Of a DNA stretch of 64,000 nucleotides, positions 41,731-55,000 are shown piece by piece. Location: the NCBI RefSeq assembly GCF_009914755.1, contig NC_060935.1. The stretch is one strand, 5' to 3'. The number at the start of each line of letters is the position of its first letter. Position 1 is the stretch's first letter. The stretch comes from the human T2T-CHM13v2.0 reference genome, Homo sapiens. A program made the translations under genes and the position numbers. The notes beneath the pieces were generated by a model. The model searched no databases, was not told the origin of the DNA, and saw nothing but the letters and a program-made list of their open reading frames with translations.

Positions 41731-42834
41731 CTGGTCAAGCCCATCTGTGAACTAGAACCCCGCCGCCCTGGGCAGAAACAAGGCTGTATTGACGGTGCTG
41801 GGAGAGATGAGGGGAGGGAGGGATGGAGGCCGGAACAGAGCCGGCTGCTCCCCTCAGAGGGCTGGGTGTCACCCCAGTTTTGTCTGTGGGTTTGTGGAGA
41901 GCATCACTGAAATTTCTAACTTGACAGAGTGGTTCCAGGGCTCATATAGAAGCATAAAGAGGTGAAAATAGCTGATATTTCTAAAGGCAAAAGCTAACGA
42001 GTGGGGTTGCACTGCCCAGCGTGAAGCTGCAGCCACCATTCTCCACACTCTCCTGGCCCTTGGCACAGGACGAGCCTTGCAGACGGAGGCGACACCAAGG
42101 CCTTCCCCTGCGCCCACACCCAGCGTCTGGAGCTGCTGGAAATATGTGTCCCCACCATGAAACTGATGCTGCTGTTCATCCCATTTTGTGTATGAGGAGA
42201 CTGAGGCACGGGCCCACAGTTGCCAGCTGGGATTTGTCCCAGGCCACCTGGCTCAGGTCACCGGAACATGTGACAACACATGTGGTCAGGGAGAGGCAGC
42301 ACCACAGTCAGATACAATGCTGACAGGGACGGCAGAGTTCCACAGGCAATGAGGCCCCCGGGGTAAAAATGAAGCAGTTTGAAAACAAAACCAGGAAGAG
42401 TGTCTGGCCATCCCGGGCCTGAGTTTCTGCCCATGGGCAGCTGCCGGACAAGCCCTCTGGTGTGTCAGCGGGTCAGGCTGAGCCAGACGTGGAGATGAGG
42501 CTGAGAGCCGGAAGCAAGGGCTTTGTCTCTAGAAGACGCAGGGGTGGTTCACAGGCCGCTGGGGACCCAGGTCACAGAGCCTTTCCCCCAGCTCCAGCCT
42601 GGCCGGGGAGAGCAAAGGCTGCAGCTGCACAGGGCCCCTCCCTGCCTGCCCAAAGCTGCTACCAGACAGCAAGCTGGGGAGAAAACTGCAGCCGACGACG
42701 GAGAGGGACGACATTTTGCGAGTGAAAACTCAAATCTATGAGAAAAGCACTCGCCCCGCAGTAGGAAAGCAGGCAAAGAACTAGAAAGACAATTTACAAA
42801 AGGATCTGAAGGTCCTCACTGCACTCATCCTGTA

Positions 42835-43045
42835 AGGTGGACTTGGGGCCTCATCTGGCCCCGCTGCCTGTTTTTGTAAATAAAGTTTTAATAGCACATA
42901 GCCACGCCCACCGGTGGACACATCGTCCCTGGCTAACCTTACACCACCTTGGCAGAGTTGAGTCGTTGTAACAGAGATCGTGTGACCAACGAAGCCAGAA
43001 CGATTTACTCTCTGGCCCTTTAGAGAAAAGCGTGCTAGCCCTTGC
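42835..43045. mobile_element. MER58A DNA transposon inserted in an old L1 fragment
   Basis: gctgcctgtttttgtaaataaagttttaatagcacatagccacgccca and atttactctctggccctttagagaaaa. Confidence 0.8.
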
Positions 43046-43620
43046 TCTAAGAGTTTCAGTGAAGAGACGCAAGATGCAGAAATGAACCTAATTGTGTGGT
43101 CTTCCGTGCTGGGGAAGCCGAGGAGAAATGGAAGTATGAGCCGGTTCCCTGCTCCAGAAATCGCTCTGATGACACGTATCACGGGGATTAAAAAACATTC
43201 CTCCCCCCTTGACCTCATAATCCTCCTTCCAGGATTCTCTCCCTAAAGAACAAATCAGAGTTATGCACAAACAAGCTAATCACAGCCTTATTTATAATAG
43301 TGAGAAATTGGAAACAGACCGCATGTGCAGCATTTGCGGGATGTTGGTTCTTGTTATGCACATTAGGGACAATTATGCAGCTTTCAGTCATCCCTCAGTG
43401 ACCCAGGAAAATGCCCCATGTACAAGGTTACTGGAGACAAACATGGTCCCAGTTTCTGGGGTGGGAGGTGGTGCCCAAAACATCACCTTACAGAAAATGC
43501 CCGGAAACGTGTCTCTGGAGGGTGGACTTAGAGATATGTTTTTGAAACAGATTTTTTCATATTTTTCAAAATTTCTCCCGTAAGTGGTTCTTACCTCCAT
43601 AATAGAAAAAGAGTAAACAA
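43046..43620 (+). mobile_element. Old L1ME-like 3' fragment
   Basis: ttgacctcataatcctccttccaggattctctccctaaag and cacagccttatttataatagtgagaaattggaaac. Confidence 0.55.
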
Positions 43621-44559
43621 TCAATGTGGAGTGAGGAAGAAGAGAGGGGAGGGAGAGAGGAAGGGAGGGAGGTACGCAGGGAGGCAGCAAGGGGACTTCC
43701 CTGCTGAGGACGCTAGCCCCTCCGTAATTTGTCTGTCCTTCCCAGCCTGCCTGGGGCCACATGGGCCACTGTGCCCAGTGAAGCCTGGCTTCCTTGTCTG
43801 TGGTGCCAGCCATGTGGGAGGGTAGGCGACCCGCCTTGGGCTGTGTAACGCAGGCTTGCCTCTTCCTTACCCCGGTTGTGCCAGTGGCTAGGCACCAGGT
43901 AACCTGTCTGTGCTCCCCACCGAGCAGCTGGGCCGTGTCTGCTTTCCGAGGAGGCTGCAGGTAACCCTTCTCTAACCTGCTCAGCCCCCAGCTCCATCTT
44001 CCACCTGTCCTGGGGGATCCCCATTCATTCTCTCCGTGGGCATCATCAGAGGCTCAGCTGTACCAGACCACTGCCCGGGAGTACGTTCGGGCTCAGGTTT
44101 CCCTTGAGGGTGGCCCCCACCTGACCCCTCCCCGCCCCTCTCTTGTGCCCTGAGAGAATAGCGTGCCCCCAGAGACAGTAAAAGCCTGGCTTGCGTGCTG
44201 GCTCCGGTGACACACAAAGGCCTCTGCTTCTCCACTCTCAGGCCAGCCCGAGAGGGACGGCACCACCGGGACAGCACCAGCGGGGGCATGGGGAGGGGTG
44301 ACAGGTTGGGCGGGGTCCCTGGGGCTGGGGCGTAGCCCCTCTCTGCAGGCCCCACAGTCTGTGACCGTGCAGGGAGGGTGCTGGGAGTCTCGGCTCTTTC
44401 GGAAGGCGCCAGTGTTTCCTTGTCACAGAATGAAGTAAATGGGACGATGAAGGGGCAGTGTTTAAATGGCTGCTTTAGCCCGTTTGGAAGTCTGCTAATT
44501 ATTCTCTTGAGGAAAGAAATGCAGGTTCATTATTATAATGAGCTTTGGGCAAAATATTT

Positions 44560-45010
44560 CATCGAGCCTGACAAGCCGCAGCGACGCCTCGAACGTGGCC
44601 GGCTCTGAAAGGCCTCCTATTCTGCTGGAAGCTAATTGGCCCGGGGTCTTCCCAGCCCTGTGCTGTTTGTGTGCTATTTTAATTCGCTTATGAAAAGCCC
44701 CCGCTTTGATGTCCGGGACCAGATAAGGCCGGGAGGGGACCCTCCATGGAGAGCGGGACTGTGCCGCCCGCGGTCGCTGCACTGGGCCTCCTCGCCCCCC
44801 CACTCCGGGCCCGGGGCCAGCGCGATGTCATGAGGTAACTGAACAAACAGTCCTGCTGAAAAATATGCTTTTGTTTCACTAATAAATCCCTCCTCGGAAC
44901 ACTCCCGGGCCGGGCTCTCCTCGGGCCCAGCCTACCAGGCCTTCCCGCCCAGTGCCTCCGCAACCCGCGCCAGGACAGCCGGCGGTGGGCACAGGCGGGC
45001 GAGGGGCACC
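44560..45010. promoter_or_regulatory. Small CpG-rich island / candidate enhancer
   Basis: Cluster of CpGs interleaved with TAAT-type homeodomain motifs. Confidence 0.5.
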
Positions 45011-45269
45011 CCCACCCCCTCCAGGGCCCCCCTTCCCTCAGCCTCCTCCCCACCCACCCGAGCTGCCTGCCTTTCCCGCACTCTCCTCCCTGACTTCCTC
45101 CCACCTACCGGCCTCTTCCGACCTCTCTCTGCCTCTTTCCCCCATCACGATACTCCAGTGGCCACCTTCCCTGCCCACCATGCCTCCTGGCCCCCAATCC
45201 GGTCACCAACTTGAGGCTGCCCCTGACAAGCCCTGGCTGCAGCATGAGGGAAGCAGCGGTAGAGAAGGC

Positions 45270-45400
45270 CAAGTTTGGGCACCTTGCACAGCCTCCTGGA
45301 GCCTCGGTTTCCACATCTGTAAGGATGAGACAGGAACGGTCTCTCTGGGGGCAGGGCCGGTGGTACCTGGAGCCCTCCCCACTGAGCACCTGGCCCAGTG
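45270..45400 (+). mobile_element. MIR fragment
   Basis: gagcctcggtttccacatctgtaaggatgag core. Confidence 0.6.
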
Positions 45401-46164
45401 CCCGGCACGTGGCAAGTGAAGGCGGCTGCTTCCCGCCCCTCTCATGGACACCACTGTGGGCACCACTTGGGCACCCTGTGGGCTTATTTTCCCTGCCCAC
45501 TGCCAAGCACCAGACCAAGATCTGATGCCATCTGCCCAGGGCATTGAGGGTGAACCCATCCAGGCTGGCCCGCCTTCCAGCCCTCCCCCAGCACCCACCA
45601 AGCCCCTGCGATATCCCAGTGGAAGATAATGGAGGTGTTACGGGGATGGGCTAGAACTCGGTCCTGGCATCACAGAGCTACCCCGGTCAAAAATATACCA
45701 TGTAATTACAGACCAGGAAAATTACTGTGCAGGAGCAAAGCAGGGCACTGTGCCGGAGAGGAACAGGGGTGGTCAGGGAAGACCTCCGAGGGAGGGGCAT
45801 TTGAAAATAGCATTCAGAGTTGCTATTAATAGGCTCTGATGCAGAACTGAGCAGAGAAGAAAACAAAAGAGGACCATAATATCTCCACAGAGAACTATCA
45901 TTAATTTTTTAAATGGGAGTCCTTAGGTAGGTTGGTTGATTGAGTGATTGATTGATTGATAATCTTGGTTCTATTTGAATTTCTAGAAAATTCCAACAGT
46001 ACAGAAAGGTCTGAAATGAAAGGTAAATACCTTCATGACCATGCCCCCTTTCCCTAGGATACCCCTTGTTATCCTAGAAATACCCATCCTTAGTGTGAGG
46101 AGAGCAGCATTCCAGACGCTTCTCTGTATGTTGCATAGAAAAAGGATGGTTAGATACATGGGCA

Positions 46165-46470
46165 GATTAATGGATGGACAGATTGTTGTATGGAGGATTA
46201 GGGGAGGGATAAATGGATGGATGGATGAACACATGGACAATGGGTGGGTAGATGGGTGAATAGATGGGTGGACAGATGGAAGGATGGATGGATATATGGA
46301 TGCATGGAGAGACAGAGAAATAGATGCAGAGATGGAGGGAGGGAGGGAAGGAGGGATGGATAAATGGAGGAATGGAGGAATGGATGGATGGAGGGGTGGG
46401 TAGGTGGGTGGGTAGGTGGGTGGCCAGACAATGGATGTGTGAGTGAGTAGATGAATGAGTGGGCAGACAG
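46165..46470. repeat. (GGAT)n-type purine-rich simple repeat
   Basis: Degenerate ggat/ggag/gggt tandem tract. Confidence 0.85.
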
Positions 46471-47149
46471 ACAGACACACCATCAGAAGCAAATATAAAT
46501 ATGGAATCAAGGGATGCCTGCAGCTTTTGAATTGTTGATTTTTTTCTTTTTTTAAGAAGAAACCAAAGTAAAACAGAAGGAATTGCTGAATTCAGATAAA
46601 TGTTTCTTCACCAAAAGAGAAATTCATTTCTAAATGTCACTTTCAGGTTAAGGAAAATAAAATGTGGGACGCTGGACTCATTGTGGGTTTTTGCGGTCTT
46701 CTCTCAGCTTTGTGTGGTAGCCAGCGACGCTGCAACCCCGCCCCCGCAGCCTCCTGGTGCAGCACGTGTTCATTTATGGGTTGTTGTTACCGTGGCATTG
46801 GTCCAGGTTTGTGATACTTGTGCACAGCTTGGGGGCTCTGCTTCCCTCTGTTTGTTCGTCTTGGTGCTGTGTATGAAGGTGGCAACAGACTCCCCATAGT
46901 CCTCTCACCACAGACACCTCTTCTCAGTTCTTCGTTTCCAGTTGGACTCATCTCCTGACTGGTTGGGTTTCTGCCTCGGTCGCTGACTCCAGAGGGCCCC
47001 ACGGCTCATGCCTGCTTCCCTGCTATCCTCCTGTGCACTGTTGGCCTTTATCATCTCCACCACTGCTCAACACTCCAGGCCAGAGCCCTTCTCTCAAATC
47101 CCCTTTGGTTCTAGCCATGTTTCCCTGAGCTCTTCCCTCTCTGTCTCTA

Positions 47150-48070
47150 ATTGATGTGTTTTCCTCCCAAACCCTCCTTCCTTGCATAATTCTGCAACTG
47201 ACCTTTTTTCTGGCCATCCTAGATTGGGTTTACTGTTCCCTGGTACTCAGACCTGCTTAATGCTCATTTCTTCAGTTTTCTGGGGAAGCCTCAGGGGCCT
47301 TACTGATAAGAACTGTGTGGAAGGTAAGCATTCAAAGTTCTTACATGGTGAAAATATCTTCATTCAACCATGGTGCCCTATTGATAGTTTAAGTGGGTAT
47401 AGAATTTGGAGCTGAATGTAATTTTCCTTCAGAATTTTGAAGACCTCGTCCTATGGTTTTCTAGCATCCAGACTTACTATTCAGAAGTCTTATACTTGCT
47501 TTAGTCTCATACTTTTGTAAGTGGCCTTTCTTTTCTTCCTGGAAATGTTTAGTATCTACCATCTGGACTCAGGGGTTTCAATTTCCCAGAGAAGTTCCCT
47601 GTGGATGGCTTTGTTCATTGACTGTTCTGGGCACTTGGTGGGCTCTTTGGAAACTTTAGTCCTTGAGCTCTGGAAAGGTCTCTGTATGATTTCTCATCAT
47701 GGAGGCCACCATCTCTGTTCTCTCTTTCTGAAATTCCTTTTAAGTCAGACTGAAGACATTTTTAATGACACTTTGATGTCTCAACTTTCTTCCCCTTTTT
47801 TATGGCATTATATTCTTAACTTTATCTCTTCAGAGTTCTAGGAAATGTTTTTAGCAGTCCTGTTTTTAATATCCCAGAGCACACGCTTGCTCTCTGACCG
47901 TGGTCATGGCATTCCGCCCTCATTTGATGGGCACGACAGCTCCTAGGATCTTTCTGGAGACTCCAGATACATCTTATATCTTAAGTTCTGCTTAATTCCT
48001 TGATCTTCTGTTTATGTTTGGCCAGCCAGGCCCCTCTCTCTCATGTTCTGAATGTTTTTCAATGTTTGCT
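47150..48070 (-). mobile_element. Old L1M fragment, antisense
   Basis: gatagtttaagtgggtatagaatttgg and ttttccttcagaattttgaagac resemble the reverse-strand L1 ORF1 region. Confidence 0.55.
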
Positions 48071-49964
48071 CGGGATCTGTGCATGGATGGGCCTGCTGGC
48101 ATTTAGGATGTGTTGACAATGACTGGGGGAGGTGCCTGTCATTACACTGAGGAACCCCATATGTTAGAGCTCTGAGGCTGCTGCATCTGAGAGCTTGGGC
48201 TCGAGGTACAGGGCTGGCAGCCGGGAGTCCCACCTGTAGGACGCTCTGGTGTGGCAGAGGGACAGGACATGGACCTCATGCTCAGCCCCTTCCCATCGTC
48301 TTGGTGCTGTGGGCCTGATGTGTGCCTCCACAAGGACTCCCGCCTTCCCAGCATGGCATTCAGAGCAGCAGATGGCTTAGACTCACCCCCGCCCAGTCTT
48401 GGCACCCTTACAGCCCCGGCGAGACCCGGGTGGGCGTGGACCCTAGCGTCCCTTCACCCTCAGGCTGTGCACCTCCGCAGTGCCGTGTCCTGTCTGGAGC
48501 CTGTCACACCCCTGTACAGCTACCCCAATCCAAATGGAGCCTCCCCCAGGAAGCCCCTGGTGGGAATCCGTCCCCACGACCCCTGTCCGGCTTCCCTGGC
48601 TCATTGTCCCTGTTACAACCCAGATTTCCCTTATCGCAACTGGTCCTAGCCTGTGACCTCCTGGGGTGGGGAATCATCTCTGCAAACACAGCTCCTCCAC
48701 CCTTATCAGTGCTTTGTGAAGGCAGCAGAACGTTCTCCTGAGCCAGTGTCTGGGTCACTTGAGCAATGGCTGCCAAGTCCATGGGCCTGCACGCATGAGG
48801 CTGTGCCTGTGTCTGTGCCGCTGGAGACCTTCTTGAGGTTCACTGCCCTAAAGGCCGCATGAGGGGACAGAAGGTGAACACAGGGCCCTGCTTGGTCTGA
48901 CAAGCCCAGGCGGGGCCCTTGCCGAGCGTCAGGGTGGCTGGCAGCCACCTTCTGTGATCGTCCTCCTTCTGGGCTGCGGTCTAGGGCTGCACATTCAGGA
49001 TGGGGATGTCCCAGTGGGCGTGCAGCACAAGGGTCAGCAGACCCCTGGCTGGAGGAGGTCAGTGTGGGGGGCTGCGTGGGAGACGGTGCAGCAGTGGGCC
49101 TGGGAGCTGAGCAACGGTGGCTGGGATGGGTGGAGACCACCAAAGAGGAGGGGCCGGCGAAAGCCAGGCTTCCTGCAGGCTCAAGCCTGGAAAACGGCGC
49201 TCAGTGAGCAACACATTCCCGTTCTACAGTTTCCTGAGCTCCCGAGTGCCCGCCGCAGGATGACAGTGGGACAGTCCTCACAGGGGCATGCTCAGGCCCT
49301 GCCCCAGGCAGACCCCACGCCCTGGCACGCAGCCCCACCGGCTGTGCCGCCTCTCGTTCCTGTCCTCCTGGCACCGCCGGCCACCCCTCAGCCCAGCCCT
49401 CATGGTTCTCTAAGCCGCCGCCTCCTCAGGAAGCCTCCCAGGCACCCATGCTCCCTGCACTGACCCCCAGACCCCAGCTTTGGCCATGCACTCCCAGACG
49501 GCTGGTCCCCACACAAACTTTCTGTTTCAAGGAACAGAAACACCCCTGAAACTTGTCTAAGAAGGAAATGTGTCAACTCACATACATGAAAAGCCTGAGT
49601 CCCTCCTCAAAGTCCTCCCCTCCCTCCTTCTCTCTCCTTCCTTCTTTCCCCCTTCCCTCCTTCCCTCCCTCTCTGCTTCCTTCTCTCCTTCCTCCCTGAG
49701 ACCTGGGACGCCGAGGAGGGTTCCGTTCCCTCCCCCACCCTGGCAGTGCTCGGGGGCTCCAGTTGAAAATGATGGGGGACACATTTGCATCACAGCCTGC
49801 CCGGCCGGCTCTGTGGCCCCTGATCTTCCTACTGCAGCCTCTGCCGGGGCCGGAAGGGCATTTCCGGGAGGCGGGAACAGCATGTATGAAGGCAGAGCTC
49901 CTTCCCGGAGAGGAGGGCCAGCCCCGTCCCCAGGGGCTCCCGGCTTTCTCTCTCCCCCTACATT

Positions 49965-50260
49965 CCTGTCTCCATGCAGCAGCCAGAGGGACTTTAAAAC
50001 ATAAACCAGACCACAGCACTGCCTGCTCAAGCCCCCCATGGCCTCCCTCTTCCCTAGGAAGCAATCCAGGCACCCTTCCATGGCCGTGGGCCCCACGCCC
50101 CCGAGGCCCCACGCCCCCGGGGCCCCATGCCTGCCCTTGCAACATCCCCTTCCTGACTCCACCCAGCCTCCTGGGGGCTTCCGCCTCAAGGCCTCTGTGC
50201 CTGTGTGAGTGGCACCCTGGGGTTGTGCCATGGCCAGCCCTCAAACCATCTGAAGTCTGC
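49965..50260 (+). mobile_element. L2 LINE fragment
   Basis: ctccatgcagcagccagagggactttaaaacataaaccagacca...ctgcctgctcaa. Confidence 0.6.
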
Positions 50261-51159
50261 TGTTGGCACCTGCCCTCTCCTGGCTGCAAAGCTGCCCCCT
50301 CATGGCCTCAGGTCTCTGCCCCAGCCTCCAATCCCTCATTACTGCCCCAGCCTGTGCCTGTGCCTGGAGGCTGTGGCCTGGCTCTCCAGCTGGAACAGAA
50401 GCTCTGAGAAGACAGAGCTGGCCAGCACCATCTCTCCTGTGAGAACCCTGTGCCTAGAACGGAGCCTGGTACAGAGGAAGAACCCGACAGACTGTGAGCC
50501 CTGTCTTCCTCTTGGCACCATGAGTCACCTGTCAAACTGAGGGGCTGGCAGAGCTGGAGGGAGTTCCATCCCAGCCCCAAGGTGCCTGGAGTAGCTTATG
50601 GAGGTCACTGATGGCCTCAGGATGCCAGCAGGCCCTCTGATGCCCAGGGCTCATTCAAGGGCATCTGCCCTGTGTCCTCATGCACCTCCATTCAGGGAAC
50701 CTGGGCTCCCCACTCTCACAGGGGTGGAGACCTGCACCTCTTTTTCACCCCCAAACCCGCCTGCCCGTCAGTGCTTAGAGCAAATGCCCCTCCCCCGCCA
50801 TCTTTTCATGACTCTCCCCCTTCCTCAACCCTGCGCCTGGTCACCAAGTCCTGACAACACCTCCAGCCCCTGTCTCTATGGTCCCCTCCTTGATCTGGAG
50901 CCATTCAGCCACATGGAGTATGTCCTCTGTCGAGGGGGCAGGGACTCAAAGGATGAGAGAAGGAACAGAGGGGAGGACCAACATCTCGGCTGATCCTGGT
51001 CTATTTTTAGTTGGTGGTGGGCTGTCACTCCGGAGGCCAGTGACTGCGTCATCAGTGCCTTTTGATCTTGTTGCCGCAAGATACACAGGAGGCAGCTGCT
51101 CACTGCTTGTGGAAAGAATGAGGGCGGGCACATAGGCCTGGGGTGTGGGGAGCATTAAT

Positions 51160-52035
51160 GAGTGTGAGTGAGTGGCGGATGAGTAGGTAGATGGACGGGG
51201 AGCTGCAGGGAGGGAGGGTTGCAGAAAGGGATGCGTGGAAGGATGGTTGATGGATGGATGGTTAGATGGATGAAGAGATAGATGAATGGATAAAGAGGTG
51301 AAAGGATGAATAGAGAGATGGAGGGAAGGAGGGCTGAATAAAGAAATGGATGGATGGATGGATGATGGATGGATGGGTGTGTGGGTATGTGGATGGAGAG
51401 ATGGATGAATGGTTAAAGAGGTGGATGGATGAATGGAGAGATGGAGGGAAGGAGGGATGAATAAAGGGATGGGTGGATAATGGATGGATGAATGGGTAGG
51501 TGGGTGAATGGATGGATAGATGGTTGAGTGGGGGGGTAGATGGAGAGATGCATGAATGGATAGAGGTGGATGGATAAATGCAGAGATAGAGGGAAGGAGG
51601 GCTGAATAAAGGATGGATGGATGGTGGGATGGATGGATGGATGGATGGATAGATGGATGGATGGATCGATGGGTGTGTGGGTGGGTGGAGAGATGGATGA
51701 ATGGATAAAGAGGTGGATAGATAAATGGAGGGAAGGAGAGCTGAATAAAAGGATGGTGGGTGGGTGGATGGATGGATGGGGAAATGAAGAGATGGGTGGG
51801 TGGATGGATGGATGAGTGGTGAATGAATGGATGGATGGGGAGATGGAGGGAAGGGAAGGCTGGATAAAGAGACGGCTGGGTGGGTGAGCTGATGGAGAAA
51901 TGATGGATAGGTGGATGGGTAGATTGAGAAATGATGGATAGGTGGATGGGTAGATGGATGGAAGGAGACAAGGAAGGAAGGAAGGAAGGAAGGAAGGAAG
52001 GAAGGGTGGAGGTAAGGGAGGGAGGGAGAGGGAGC
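51160..52035. repeat. (GGAT)n/(GGAA)n tract with a higher-order ~125-145 bp unit
   Basis: Block gagatggatgaatggataaagaggtgga...gagggaaggagggctgaataaa recurs 4-5 times; (GGAA)n at ~51972-52003. Confidence 0.88.
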
Positions 52036-55000
52036 AAGCAGGCTTGGATGAGTAGCTAAAGCACCTCAAGCAAGGGTGTCTCCCTTAGAAATACATGTGC
52101 CTCCAAGTCCTCGAGGCTGGCATCCCCTCCTGCTCCATCTGCCTCTGCCTGCTGGGCAGACCAGTCTGCTGTCCTACCAAGGCCTAGGTCTTGACTCTGG
52201 ACTCTTCCATGCTCATCAGAGGGTACTGTTGGAGCTTCCTGGTCAGGCTGACCCAGCTGCCTCTGGAGCCTGGCCTGGGATCTGGAGAGAAAGCACCTGT
52301 GCAGACGGCCCCAGCGCTATGCCCTTCTGAGGCCTGCTCTGCACACACAGCTTTCCTCATCCCGGCCTCATGCACTGTGGGCAGGAGTTGTCCTAGCAAC
52401 CATCATCCAGGCACCTGCTGCGTGCTGAGCACCATGCTGGGTGCTTCCTGTGCTCTCAACAGCCTTATGTGGTCAGTACCAATCCCTCCCCAAATTACCC
52501 CCATGCTCAGGGTGTCACTGAGGGTCCCAAGTCTGGGGTGGCCAGGTCACAGCTTGAACCTGGGCAGCCTTTATTCTCTAGGGGCCTTGGGGGTGTCTAG
52601 GCTGCCACCACAGCATCCACACTCCCCACTAGAGCCCACATAGGTCTTATGGGTGCCACAGCAGGGACCCCACTGGACCTCTGTGCTTTCTGGTGGGGGG
52701 CTTGTCAGGGAGCTCATGGGCACCTCTGGGTTCTAAGAAGCTATGCTGAGGCCCACAGGGTAGTTCTGAGTTCGGGGGACCCTCTCCTGGCCCTGTGGGG
52801 TCGGAGGAGGTCCTGGGAGCCCACCTCCTGTAGATCCAAACACCTGATCTCAGCTCAGGATCGCCACTCCAGTGCCCCATCCCAGAGCCTTTGAGAGTGG
52901 GGACAGGGTGTCCTGTTGTAGTTGCCAAGCCCAAGAAAGATGAGGCACCCAGGATGCCTGACAGTAGAGTTGCAGGGGGGCAGGCACCATCGCCCCCAGC
53001 CCCAGGCTGGCCCCAGTCCCTCCCTATGCAGGCAGAGGGGCAATTGGAAGAGGCTGGAGACTATTCAGGAGAGGGTGGGAGCAGACACGGGAGTAGGATG
53101 GGGGCCCTGGAGGTACTGGGTGGAGCTGCCCCCAGCCCTTGCTGCTGGCCTCCCCAGAGCTCCAGGCTCTGAGGCCACACCCTCACCCAAGGCAAGTTGC
53201 TCAGGGGGTCTCCAGGCTGTATCTAACAGCTGCCTGTGCCGAAAAATTAAGCACCGCTGAGTCGCCGCACACCTGTCAGGGTGGAGGGGACTTGGGGGAC
53301 CAGCCAGCTGGATATGTTCCCTTGCAGGCGGGCAGGGCTCTGGGGAGTCCAAGTGTGCACACAGTCCTGGGTGAGGGCTCCGTTAGATGAATGTGGACGG
53401 CTGGCGGCCGGGGCTTGGGAGATCAAGAAGTCCCTGAGGAAGAGGACAGTAGCCAGGGGCAAGACCTCACACGCCTCTGCCCATCCTGGGAAACTCACCA
53501 TGGCATTGTGGTTGAAGGGTCAGTGGCCACCAGAGAGTTCCTGCTGCAGTGTGGAAAAGACAAACAGGCGAGTGAAGTGGATAAAGATTCAGGTTGTGGG
53601 AGGGAGACTTGAAGGGCAAGTTGGCCAAGACTAAAAAGTGGAGTCAAGCTCAGTGCTGGTGACGATGTTGGGGAGAGGGGCCTCCAGCGCCGTGGGGGAG
53701 AATTTCAAGAGCCTTTTGTGAAAATGGTCAGGCTGCTGAAAGTGAGACCACACTCACCCTGTGGTCCAGTGATCTCCTTCTGAGAATCCGCCCTGGAGCA
53801 GTAACACCCTTGGGACTGAGAATGGCTTCTGGGTTGTGCGTCATCGCTGTCCAGGACTGGTGAAAAGCTGGACTCTGACTGCCTGTCATCCAGAGGGAGC
53901 AAACAGCCACCCTGTGGTGAAGCCACACCACATATGATGAGGGGCTGGAGGCAGCAGAAAGGGGGCTATAGGACCCTTTGACTCAAGGGCTAACCATGAT
54001 GTTTCATTAAGGGAGAAATGCACTTGCTGCTCCTGGAACATTCTGGCTCACTCCCGCCTCAGGCCCACTGCCCTGGCTGGACTCCCTGCACTGAACGCTC
54101 CTCCCAGCTCATGCTTTCCAAAGTCCCCTGCTCAGGAGGCCTTCCCTGAGCCCCTGCCCCCTCCATTTCAGACATCTCCATCTGATGTCTGAGCCCTGAA
54201 CAGACACAGGTGTCTGTTCAGGGCTCCTCAAATGCACAAATACATGTCTGTGACCACAGCCCAACCCCTGGGCAGTGGCTGCCCCTCTGCCTCTGGAGGT
54301 CCCCTCCAAAACCTTGGTCCCTGTCCGCAGAGGGTGTCAGGGCTTGAGGTCAACAGGGAGGTCTCAGGGCAACAGAGCCCAGTGGCACTCCTGACCCCAG
54401 GAGACAGAGGGAACCCACCCTCACCCTAGTCCACATGCCCGACCCATGACCCAGGCCTGTGGCGCCAGCCTGCACCCGGCTCTGCTCCACAGGCCAACTC
54501 TGCGCACGCTCCTTTCAAGGGTTAACGGTGCAAGCTCCTCACGGCACCAGTGCGCTTGCCTTTGACATGAAAATGTTTTTGCAGCAGGCTCGGATGCCAG
54601 CATTTTTGTGGTTGCAGTCAGATGTTTTTAACTACGTTGGACAGAACCCACGGCGGCCCTTTCCGTGGCTTCAGCCAGTTTCTGAGCGCTACCTTGAACC
54701 CCTGTTGCACCCCAGGAGGAGAATCACACCAGTGCCCCCTGACCCCCAGCCTTGTGCAGACACTGATACCCTTAGGATGAAGCTGACCCCAGTCGTGGCA
54801 GCCACCCCAGCAGTCAGGGAAGGACCTGCTGGGGCATTTCAGATCCTGAGCAGCATGTACCCTGTGAAAGAACAGGTTCCCCAATTTTGGTTCATGGTAC
54901 CTGAGATGACGGCTTCAGATGATGTCCCTGGCCAGGGAGGTGGAGGACGCTGGGCAGAGCCCTGGGCAGAGCCCTGGGCATTAACTCAGGGCCATCACAG

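Noticed and set aside
44255-44290. REST/RE1-like and CTCF-like motifs (also at ~15575, ~29105, ~63770)
   Set aside because: Only partial matches with non-canonical spacing or core mismatches; expected by chance in GC-rich DNA
50946-52069. Longest ORFs in the track (363 aa and 218 aa, minus strand)
   Set aside because: They translate the (ATCC)n repeat into PSIH-rich low-complexity sequence; an artefact, as are the ORFs at 45983-46510
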